Positions 51,355 through 61,600 of a DNA stretch of 64,000 nt are shown here, in pieces. Positions within the stretch are counted from its first letter, which is position 1. Each line of letters starts with the position of its first letter. A model generated the notes under the pieces. That model saw nothing but the letters and a program-made list of their open reading frames with translations, did no database searches and was not told the DNA's origin. A program made the translations under genes and the position numbers. The DNA comes from Syntrophales bacterium (GTDB taxonomy: Bacteria; Desulfobacterota; Syntrophia; Syntrophales; UBA2210): NCBI GenBank assembly GCA_963666365.2, contig CAXXNF010000001.1, positions 128,001-192,000 on the forward strand. Reading direction: 5' to 3'.

Positions 51355-52905
51355 ATGAACCTTTCGACGCTTCTCGATCAGAACTGTGAACAATTTGGAG
51401 AGTATGTAGCCACGATTTGGCTCCCCGAGCCGGATAAGGAAGTGCAAATCACCAACCTCGATGCATTCAGGGAAGTAAAACGCCTCGGAAACGCCCTGAG
51501 AAATCTCGACGTGAAACGGGGAGATAAAATCGCCGTTTTTCTTCCCAATTCTCCCGAAGTCATAGCTACGTACCGGGCCGCCTGGAGAATCGGCGCGGCC
51601 GTTGTTCCCATCCTCTTTCTTTTGAGTGAGCAGGAAGTGCGATATATTTTGGAGAACTCTGAATCCGTCGCCGTCGTCACTCATTCCGATTTGTATGATA
51701 CGGTCGCCGGGGCGGCACGGGGCCTTGATCACGTCAAAAACATTATTTTGATCGATAAAGAACGAGAAGGGGCGCGTTTCTACGGAGATCTCATCGCTGA
51801 AAGCAGTGAAACGCTCGAAGCCGTTGAAACCGCCGATGACGAGATAGCGGTAATTCTCTACACGGCCGGGACCACGGGCAGACCGAAAGGGGTGATGCTG
51901 TCCCACCTGAATCTCTACAGTAATGCACAGAGCAGCTTCGAGCACAGCTTTCCTCCGGAGAAACAGGAGGAGGCACGAGCGTTCACCGGCCTTTTTGTGC
52001 TGCCGCTCTGTCATTCTTACGGTCTGATGGTTTCCAATGTCGGTGCCCTGAGCGGTGCAACGAACATTATGGTTCCCCGCTTTGATCCCGAAATGATCTT
52101 CCGCGCTATTGAAAAATATAAGATCAAAATCATGGCGGCCGTTCCGGCAATGTTTTCCTATTTCCTGATTGCCCCGGAGGCCGAAAAGTATGATACCGGT
52201 TCTATGGAAATGTGGTCTTCCGCTTCGGCGCCTCTTTCAACCGACGTCATCGAAAATTTTGAAAACAAATTCAGCGGTATCATCTATGAAGGTTACGGTC
52301 TTTCGGAGGCCTCTCCGACCGTTGCATCCCACAAGCTTGGGATGCCGACGAAACCGGGATCGGTCGGCATTCCCATCCCGGGGGTAGAAGTCAAAATATT
52401 CGATGAAAACGATCGGGAACAGAAGGCACATGAAATGGGGGAATTGGTCGTGCGGGGCGATAATGTCATGAAGGGATATTATAAGATGCCCGACAAAACC
52501 GCCGATGCAATCAAAAACGGGTGGCTGCATACGGGTGACATCGCCTATATTGATGATGACGGATATATCTTCATAATGGAACGAAAGGATGACATGATCA
52601 TACGAGGCGGCGAGAATATCTATCCGCGGGAGCTTGAGGAGGTGATCTGGTCTCATCCGGAGGTAGCGGAAGTTGCCGTTGTCAGTATCCCCGATCCGGT
52701 GAGGGGAGAGGAAGTGGTCGCCGTGGTTGTGCCTCACCAGGGAGCAACATTGACGGAAGCGGATGTCAAGGAATTCTGCACCGGTAAAATAGCCAAATTT
52801 AAACTCCCCAAGATGGTTGTATTTATGGACGTCCTGCCGAGAAGCTCGATCGGAAAAATACTAAAAAGGGAATTGAAAGAGAAGATGCGAGAACTGGTGA
52901 AGTAG
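51355..52905 (+). CDS. Long-chain acyl-CoA synthetase (FadD-like)
   Basis: YTAGTTGRPKG, GYGLSE, WLHTGD, GGENIYP, GKILK. Confidence 0.93.
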   Translation: MNLSTLLDQNCEQFGEYVATIWLPEPDKEVQITNLDAFREVKRLGNALRNLDVKRGDKIAVFLPNSPEVIATYRAAWRIGAAVVPILFLLSEQEVRYILENSESVAVVTHSDLYDTVAGAARGLDHVKNIILIDKEREGARFYGDLIAESSETLEAVETADDEIAVILYTAGTTGRPKGVMLSHLNLYSNAQSSFEHSFPPEKQEEARAFTGLFVLPLCHSYGLMVSNVGALSGATNIMVPRFDPEMIFRAIEKYKIKIMAAVPAMFSYFLIAPEAEKYDTGSMEMWSSASAPLSTDVIENFENKFSGIIYEGYGLSEASPTVASHKLGMPTKPGSVGIPIPGVEVKIFDENDREQKAHEMGELVVRGDNVMKGYYKMPDKTADAIKNGWLHTGDIAYIDDDGYIFIMERKDDMIIRGGENIYPRELEEVIWSHPEVAEVAVVSIPDPVRGEEVVAVVVPHQGATLTEADVKEFCTGKIAKFKLPKMVVFMDVLPRSSIGKILKRELKEKMRELVK

Positions 52906-52929
52906 AAAAAACAATTGCGATTTTGTAGG

Positions 52930-53694
52930 AAATTCCGGGGACACGATACTAAATTATTGACAATTTGTGCAAATATTTACAGTAGCTGTTTATGGCACGT
53001 ATCGCACGAATAGTAGTCCCCGGATATCCGCATCATATAACGCAGCGGGGGGAATCGCAGACAGGAAACTTTTTTTTGTGATGATGACTACCGGCAATAC
53101 ATCGACTTGATGGCACAGTGGTGCAATCGATGTGGCGTTGAAATCTGGGCCTATTGCTTGATGCCCAACCACACACACCTCGTAGCAGTCCCGCAGACAG
53201 AGGAAGGTATGCGCAAAGCCATCGGTGAAGCGCATCGCCGATACGCCCGGATGATTAATTTTCGTGAGGGTTGGCGAGGCTATCTGTGACAGGGACGGTT
53301 TCACTCATTCGTGATGGATGAGCGGTATTTGCTGACAGCAGTCAGACACATAGAGTTAAATCCCGTAAGGGCACGATTGATCACCGATCCGATAGCATGC
53401 CCCTGGAGCAGTGCGAGAGCCCATATTGAGAAACGAGATGATGCGTTTGTGAAGATATCGCCGCTGTTAGAGTTGATTCCTGACTGGAATAAATTTTTGG
53501 AGGACAAAGTTCAGGAGGAGGAATATAAGGAACTTCGTCAGCATGAACGAACAGGCAGACCGCTTGGCAGTGATTTGCTCATTGATACGCTTGAGGCGCT
53601 GTTAGAAAAACAACTGCAGAAGAAAAAAACCGGGCCAAAAGGTCCATGGAAACACAGGAACAGTAAATAATTTAGTATTGTGTCCCCGGAATTT
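52930..53694 (+). mobile_element. RAYT (Y1 HUH transposase) element bounded by 29-bp inverted repeats
   Basis: AAATTCCGGGGACACGATACTAAATTATT (52930-52958) and its inverse (53666-53694), 28/29 match. Confidence 0.88.
52992..53670 (+). pseudogene. Inactivated REP-associated tyrosine transposase
   Basis: MARIARIVVPGYPHHITQRG, then an extra G near 53050; CLMPNHTHL; GYL*QGRF (TGA 53287-53289); HIELNPVRA. Confidence 0.9.
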
Positions 53695-54741
53695 GGGCAT
53701 AGAGACCCTCTGCGACGCTGCTTGGATTGCCCGGTTCCAGAGCAGCGGCCGTGAATGTCCCGGTTGTCGTCGCTAAAAAGAAAACCATCAGGGATAGGAG
53801 AAAACGTTTCATGGCCAGTTTCCATATGTGAGTTGACGTATGTCTTAGAAGTATAATTCATTCATCACGTCTTCGGATATTCACCGCACCCAATAGAGGC
53901 GCGCCATCGGGGACTTATTCAACACCAGTTCAAAACATTCGCATAATCCGCTGGATTGTCCAGCAGCATCTGACCATCATCAAATCAAAAATGGTACGAT
54001 CCATCAAGCCAAGGTTCATTGGACCGGCCGATTTGGACCGCACAGAGGCCGCTGCCGTTTCGCCCTTTCCCCTCATGTCATCAGCAGGGAGTTGACGGTG
54101 ATCTTCTTTCCCGATTCCAGGTGCAGCGTGCCGGGTTGCGGGTCCGCTATGAACCGGTCAGGCAAGCGCTCCAGACGCGCAGAATGGCCTTTTCCGCTCT
54201 GCAGATTCCAGGCGCCGAAGCCGGCAATCCAAGCCACCATAACGTGATACGCCGGCCCGCCGTTCGTAACCTTTTAGCTGTCTTTCATCAGCCGCTTTTT
54301 GCCCGCCGATTCAGATTGGCTTCGGCGAAAACCAGTTCCACGCTTCAGAGGGGCAAGACAAGATGAAAATTTCATTGTACAGCCCATATGGCGGCCCCTT
54401 CGGCACTCTTCACGGCGAAGGTCAGCGGCATGACTGGAACGGTGTTCATGACCTTTATGCATCTGGACACACCTCCGGACACACAACCTGGTGTTTTATG
54501 ATGCCTCTGAAGACTCTCCTGCAAAAGATTAGTTAATAAATTTAACCGAAAATGAGCAAATATCGGCCTACTGATCCCAAATGCAAGTGATCCCAAACGC
54601 AAGTATGAGGGTTATAGCTCCTTGATTTTTTGTTTTTCAAGCCCTCCGCAATAGTATTCCCCACAGTCAGCCATTATCCGGACACAGGCGTCTCCGGCCA
54701 AAAAACAAAGTGTTGGGAAAATAACTGCTTTAAAAGAACAA

Positions 54742-54770
54742 TCCGCTGTACCTGAAAATGGTACAGCGGA
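54742..54770 (-). terminator. Terminator downstream of the ABC binding protein gene
   Basis: TCCGCTGTACC-7nt-GGTACAGCGGA followed by a T-rich tail on the minus strand. Confidence 0.75.
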
Positions 54771-54845
54771 CTGCCTGTAAAAAATTCTATTATAGGGGTT
54801 GGTCGCACACGTACTCTTCAGGAATCATCAGTGTGTCCGATTCTC

Positions 54846-56171
54846 TTATTTACGGCCGTTTATAATAGGCGGTGTGCAGAACTGCATCGGCACAGGAAAA
54901 GCCTGCGTGTATCCTGCACTAGTGGGATACCATTTATTGGGATAGGTCAGTACGGAAACGTGGATGTTTCTGAGCAACAGATGATCCTGCGGTCTCATAT
55001 AAAGCGTTCCACTCGGAGATTCATAGGTATCTCCTTCCCACTCCTGGATAATTTTTTCTGCATCGGTGCTCCCAACACGCTGTACGATATCTAATAACCA
55101 ATACATGCTTATGGCGCACCGTCCCATAAAACCGGATGGCCATCTATAAAAATTGGTGTTATAGGGTTTCTCCCACTTTTTCCACTGGGCATGCCACAAT
55201 TCGTTGAATTTATTGTTCGAGGGAGTATTAACGCTGGGGATATGATCCCCTAACACCACCAGTCCCGCTCCTGCCGGGCCGCCGATTATCTCAAGCGGTC
55301 GCAAATCGTCAACATACAAACTGGCAATAGGAATCTTCATTCCAAGTTCCCTCGATTGTCTGACCATATTTTCGTTATCCACACCCCAGTCCTGGCTGAT
55401 GATCACTTCGGCGCCCAATCCCTGGATCTTGGTAAGGTAGGGGGCAAAATCTTTCGTAAAGAGCGGATGGAATTGCTCGCCCACAATAGTCGACTCGGGT
55501 CTGTATTTTGCCAACGCCAACTTAAAGGTTTCTGCGAAGGCATGGCCATAGGCATAGTCCTGGCACAAAAGAAAAAATTTCCTTTCCGGCCGGGCGGAAT
55601 AGAAATAGGCAAGCGCCGATGACCACTGAGTAGTATTGGGGGCGGTCTGGAAATAATAGGGATTCCAGTGCTTGTCATCAACGAGCAGATCTGAAAAGGA
55701 ACAGTAATTTACAAATATTTTTTTGTACTTGGCCGCAACTTGCTGGCACACAATGGTAAGATGAGTTCCTGAGGTGCCGACCAGGATGTCAACATTATCT
55801 TCCAGGGCAAGTCTTTCCGCCGCTTTTTTGGTGATTGCCGGTTTCACCTGTGTATCGCCCTTTAAAATCTGAATCTTTTTCTTTTTTCCATCGACCATAA
55901 TGCCGCCCTGCGAATTTACATCATGGGCAACCCAGGACAATGCAAGCCAGTAGAGTTCACCGGCAAAAGATGCGGATCCGCTGAAGGGCTCTAGCATTCC
56001 TATCTTAATGGTATCACCCGATGTCGGATAGGTCGGCTTCATAGTGTCAAAGCTGGCGATATCTCCTTTAAACGGTTCGAACGCATAGACCTGCGAAAGA
56101 CCTATACAAAGCATACATAGAACTACAAAACACACGCCGGTAATGTGAGCTTTCCTGCTACTGCAATTCAT
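54846..56171 (-). CDS. Orphan ABC substrate-binding protein (LivK/PBP1 family)
   Basis: Signal peptide, IKIGMLEPFSG, QDYAYGH, DFAPYLTKI; no cognate permease nearby. Confidence 0.88.
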   Translation of the reverse strand: MNCSSRKAHITGVCFVVLCMLCIGLSQVYAFEPFKGDIASFDTMKPTYPTSGDTIKIGMLEPFSGSASFAGELYWLALSWVAHDVNSQGGIMVDGKKKKIQILKGDTQVKPAITKKAAERLALEDNVDILVGTSGTHLTIVCQQVAAKYKKIFVNYCSFSDLLVDDKHWNPYYFQTAPNTTQWSSALAYFYSARPERKFFLLCQDYAYGHAFAETFKLALAKYRPESTIVGEQFHPLFTKDFAPYLTKIQGLGAEVIISQDWGVDNENMVRQSRELGMKIPIASLYVDDLRPLEIIGGPAGAGLVVLGDHIPSVNTPSNNKFNELWHAQWKKWEKPYNTNFYRWPSGFMGRCAISMYWLLDIVQRVGSTDAEKIIQEWEGDTYESPSGTLYMRPQDHLLLRNIHVSVLTYPNKWYPTSAGYTQAFPVPMQFCTPPIINGRK

Positions 56172-56623
56172 ACATTTCCTCCTTTTTTCCTATGCTCTCA
56201 AAATGAAAAGCCTCGGTTCCCTTTTCATACCGATTGAGAATGTCCAAAATCGGCACATGAAATTACGGTCCTATTTCCCCATCAACACCTCCTTTCCTGT
56301 AGTGACTACTTGCCATGATCTTTTCCAAAGATCTTATTTACAATCCTTTGAAGTACGTGTGGGGAGCAGTGGTGATTTCTTTCAGCCGGTCGAGCCCGGT
56401 CTTTCATTGATCAATCTAAAGGGAATACTCTTTCTGAAGAGCCTGTCTCTAAGTTTTCATCAGACTACCATACAACCTATTGCCTTGTCCAGTTTTTGGG
56501 GGGTAAGCATACTCAATGCAGTCTGCTTCATCGAACACCATGACCATGCAGTCAGCGCACTCTCCTGGAAAGTCGCGCGGGAAAGGGGGTTCCCCATATC
56601 CCGCGTCCAGGCTGCTGCCATGC

Positions 56624-57768
56624 CTATCCTTTATTCGCTCGTACGGCTTCGTCACGGAGAACAGTCTTAAGCACCTTTTGCATCGCATTCTTGGGAAGCG
56701 ATTCCCGGAATTCAAGCACCGTTGGTTTCTTATAACTGGCCATTCGCTCACGGCAGTATTCTACGATTTCCTCTTCCGTGGCGTGTTCCCCTTTCTTGAG
56801 GACAATGACCGCCTTCACAATCTCCCCCCAGTATTCATCGGGAACTCCTATAACTGCGGCCTCTTCGATTTTCGGGTGCCTGTGCAGCACCGCTTCTATT
56901 TCGACGGGATAGATATTTTCACCGCCACGTATGATCATGTCTTTTTTCCTGCCGCTCAGGTACATGTACCCGTCTTCGTCCATACTGGCAAGATCTCCGG
57001 TATGAAGCCATCCCCCTTTCATCGTTTCTTCGGTGGCCTTTTCATTTCTCCAATAGCCCTTCATCACCTTGGGACTGCGGGAAACAATTTCTCCGACCTC
57101 GCCGCGGGGAAGTTCCCGATCGTTGTCGTCGAAGATGCGCGCCTCCCCTTCCGGAATAGAACGACCGATACCTGAAAGCCGGTGGATCTTTTTGTCCACT
57201 GTTTCCTTGTCCCCTTCGAGATAATGATCTTCAGGTCCCAGCACGGCGACAATGCCCGTCGTCTCGGTCATGCCGAAGAAATTGGTAAAGTCGGCTTTGA
57301 GGACTTCCTTGGCCCGCAAGAGCAGAGTGACCGGCATCGGTGAGGCGCCATAGCCGATATGGGTAAGGGAATCGGTATTCCGTGTTGCGAAATCGGGATG
57401 GTCAAGCACGGCCTGGAGCATGGTGGGAACAAGATAGGTGGTGTTCACCCGCTCCTTTTCAACGATCTCCAGGAAGACACCGGCATCGAAGGCCGGGAGA
57501 ATAATCATGGTATCGCCGCGATATAGAGGGAGCGAGATACAGACGATGCCGGCGATATGGTACATGGGCACATTGATCAGGAGCGTGCCGGGACCGAATG
57601 TGTGGGTGTCGGTCAGCGGGGTCAGCATGTTTGCATGGGTAATCATCGCCCCCTTGGGCAGTCCCGTGGTACCGCTCGTATAAATGATGCAGGCCGTATC
57701 GTCGTCCGCCATGGGAAGGGGTGAAAACACTTCCGGTGATTGCGAGGACAATGCCTTTTCGTAGGGTT
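56624..57768 (-). pseudogene. 5'-truncated acyl-CoA ligase
   Basis: YTSGTTGLPKG, FGMTE, WLHTGD, GGENIYP present; N-terminal region replaced by unrelated sequence. Confidence 0.85.
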
Positions 57769-57884
57769 CCGTGCCGGCCTTCTCAATGTATCGCGTCAGG
57801 GAAAGCGACTCAGCAATAAAGGGGTTGTTGGGCACCGAAGGGTGGTCCTTGCGCAGGTCTTCGAGTGTCAGCATCCCCGGGATC

Positions 57885-58271
57885 CTGGCAAAAGAAGGGA
57901 CGGAAACTGCCGAATTGGTGGTGGCGCCAGTGCTGAAGCAGGCGTGCGGTTTCGGGCGTAACGCCCCAGTCGCTCGGGTGTGGAATGGCCCTCCATCGAT
58001 CTATGTGTTGGCGGAGTTCATTAATGATGGGCGTCGGATCGTATTCCTGCTCCTGAGTCGAAAGGCCTTTGCCTTCGTCGAAGATTAATTGCTGCTGGTC
58101 GCTCGATTCCTTCCGCTTTCTGGGCTTGGGAATCGGTGTGATGTACTCTGCACGGCGGCGATGTTGAAGGATTTGCTGTGTCGGCTGGCCCTGATCGTCG
58201 AGTTCCCAGTGCTGCATCGGATACTCGTATGGAGAATTAATAACGGGATGTTCGAAGAATCGATTATCCAT
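57885..58271 (-). pseudogene. N-terminal remnant of a type III restriction (Res-like) helicase/endonuclease
   Basis: FFEHPVINSPYEYP..HWELD..GQPT..TPETARLLQHWR..RPFFCQ, then an abrupt break before the helicase motifs. Confidence 0.75.
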
Positions 58272-58388
58272 GGGAACTGTTTCTCCTGCTATATGGCATA
58301 AAGAATAGCTGCAACTCGTAGGGTGTAATAAAGGATCAGATCTTTTGCACCCATACTTGCCACATTTTTCACGTTGACTTGTTTCAAT

Positions 58389-58422
58389 AAAAAAACCCTG
58401 TTTCTCGTCATGAAAAACAGGG
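58389..58422 (-). terminator. Probable terminator downstream of the large BNR gene
   Basis: CCCTGTTT..AAACAGGG hairpin followed by T7 on the minus strand. Confidence 0.6.
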
Positions 58423-58618
58423 CATCAACATGTACATACTTCCCCCCTTTGATTTCGGGCAATCAAAGTATATAAGAGCATTTAACCGACAACAAAAGAA
58501 AAACAAGGAAGTCCTTAACTCCATTAACATTTCCTGTCAAGTCATTTATGTAGTGAAAGATTCCATCAATTCATTCAAGTTATCAGTTCGTGGTGAAATT
58601 AACGAATGTAGTGCGGAT

Positions 58619-61600
58619 CTATCTCAGACCGGAAATTCCCTGCAGTATATATATCATCTCCTCAGCCCTGATCGTGGAATTACCTGATATGTTTATTATT
58701 TTCTTGATGCCGTCAGGGCTTTCGCCTGTGAGGATGCGGCCTGCCAGTATGGCGTCGGCCAGATCCACACTCCCGGATCCGTCTATGTCGCCGACAATGG
58801 GCTTTGATTCGGGATCATGAGGGTCCGTTCCGTAGAAATACTCCTCGAGATTGGTATAGCTATCCTCGTCCCAATCCATTGATCCGTCATCCAGTAACGG
58901 ATTGAGTGTAGTGTCTACCTCCCAGGCGTCGGACATGCCGTCGCCGTCAGTATCGCCGTTGGTAGGATCTGTCGCATATCGGTATTCATACCTGTCGGTC
59001 AGCCGGTCCTTATCCTGATCTCCCGTGCCTTCGGTGGTGGTGAGATCTTTGAAAAAGGCACGTTCCCAGCTGTCGGCAAGTCCATCACCGTCAGTGTCCT
59101 CGTGCAGGGCCCGCCTGAAGACACCCGAGCCCGCGCTGCCGAAATACAGATAATTTCCGTCGGCCGACATGACCATGGTGTTGGTGACATTGTTGCCGTT
59201 CGTCCCCGGTTTCAGGTTGGTCAGGCCCTCATTCCAGCTCGACCAGCCGGCGCCGCCGTCATGGCTTATAAAGACACCTTCACACTGAGAGGCCAGGTAC
59301 AGTGTGTTCGGGTCATGCCTGTCCACAATGATCTTATAGAATTCATTGTCAAGCTGCAGACCATTTGTGATAGGAAACCAGTTCGCGCCGCCATCCATAC
59401 TCTTCATAACCGTGCCGTGGAATTCTTCCCTGCCCCTCCCTTCGTTTTCACCGTTCTTTGAGCAGGCATACATTATGTCGGGATTTCCCTGGTCAAAATC
59501 GATTGAAAACACCCACTGCTCGTCAGGCCAGCCTTTATCCCACATCTCCCAGTGTTCGCCGGCATCCAGGGACCGATTGACGCCATTATATGTTCCCGCG
59601 TAAATTATTTTGGTGTTGCCGGGCCTGAAGACAAGAGAGAATACGCCATCGTTGGTCCATCCGACATTACGTTCTCTCCAGCTCTGCCCGCCGTCGGTAC
59701 TCTTGTAGATACCTGCGGGAAATGTCCCGACATATATATTTTCTGCATGGACAGGGTCAAAAAGCAGAGTGGTGTATTGATACAGGGGACGATCATCCCA
59801 TAGAGGCCAAAATGTTCCGTAATTTCCGAAGCCAGGCATCTGGCGCCACGTCTTTTCCGGGGGATCATAATAATAGAGTTCATATCCCAGAGTGCCGCAC
59901 ACCAGGGTACCGTCGGACAGCATATCCAGTGTTCTGACCTGCGTGTTATCAAGCCCCGTGCTGAAATCACTCCACGTAACCCCTTCATCGGTTGTTTTAT
60001 ACACGCCCTCTTCCGTTGCGGCGTACACGACGGGAGCGTCGTTGTGGGGATCGACAACCACTTCATAGATGTGTTTCCCATACATTTTCCTGTCCGCGCC
60101 GCTGGCGCCTATATCGAAATCCATTCCATCGTACGATTTGTATATCCCCTTGCCCCAGGTGCCCAGCCATACCTGGCTGCTCTTTTTCGGATTTATGGCA
60201 AAGTTGTAATAGCCCTGACGGTAGGGATCCTCCACCACCACGCTGGGAGTGAGAAAGTTTTTGTCATAGAATGTCGCTCCGCCGTCATCGGACCGGTACA
60301 ATCCCCCCGGATTTGCACCCACGAAGATCCGCTCGGGATTCGCGGGATCGATCTCGATCTGCAGGCTGTAGACCTGAGGCGACGGCTTGTTGCTTCGATC
60401 CGGCTGCCACGTGACGGACATCCCGCCTGTCGAAACCAGGTCGCCCGAATAGACACCGAATCCCTGAGTTCCCACGTATATGGTACTTCCCCCCACCGTG
60501 CATGAAGTGAGAACTTTGGTATCCAGGCCTTCGTTACAGGCTCTCCATGTCTTCCCGGCGTCCGTACTTACCTGCAGGCCATCGTCCATGGCAGAGGCAA
60601 AGAGTGTGGTGTGATCATCCGGGTGCAGTCTTATTGCCCGGCATTCGTTGTCGGTACGCAGAAGCTGTTCCCATGTGGCGCCGGAATCGGTTGACCGATA
60701 GACCCCCGAATCGTCGCTGAATGTATAGCCGTCCGGCGCCATGCACCAGTCCGGAACCGTTCCCCCGCCCATACCGCATGTATATACGATGTGCGGATCA
60801 ACCTGGTCCACTTCGATATCATAGGCGCCTATATCGGGAAAGTTCTGCATCTCTGTCCAGTCTGCGCCCCCGTTTACCGATTTGTACGCGCCGTAGATAT
60901 GCGTCGTTACGTAGACAATGTCGGGGTTGTCTGGATTGACGGCTATGTCCAGCACACTGCGCGGCAAACCTCCTGTGATATCAATCCATTCCTTACCCGC
61001 ATCGGTTGATTTGTAGAGTTTTCCGCCATGCATCCCCGGACCGAATGTGGCTGCGTAAATCCTATCGCCATCAGCCAGCACGCGGTTTACCAGAAACGCC
61101 CCGTTAGACGAGAAGTCTCCAATAACTTCCCATGTAGCGCCCCCATCGATGGATTTCCAGACTTTCGGTGCGGTGCGATCCGAAAGATATATCACATTGC
61201 TGTTAGAGGGGGTCAGACTCAGGGACGTGGCGGAGACAGGCGCATTCTTGAGCAGGGTCCAGTGTGCTCCCGCATTTGTTGTCTTCCATGTGCCGGCGAG
61301 CCAGGTGCCTGCATAGGCGATGGAAGGATCATTGGGATCCACTATGAGCTGGGGCTGCCCCCAGACCGTGTTCATAATGAAGTGTTCATTGAGATTGGAC
61401 CAGTTGTTTCCGCCGTCGGCACTCTTGAATATTTTTCCGCCTGTGCTCCCCGTGCTGCCGGCATAGAGGGTATTGTGATCTGAAGGATCGAACACAACGG
61501 ATGTGATTGCCTCAGCGCCATCCACATGGAGCGAAGTATCCCATGTATTCCCCCCGTCGGTTGTCCTTCGCACCATGGCCCAGTTCTGAAAGGGCTTGGA

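Noticed and set aside
53287..53289. In-frame TGA as selenocysteine or recoded Trp
   Set aside because: It aligns to a conserved Trp in a gene that also has a frameshift, and TGA is a normal stop elsewhere in the window.
53700..54720. Short ORFs between the RAYT element and the binding-protein gene
   Set aside because: No recognisable motifs; probably gene debris that I cannot assign.
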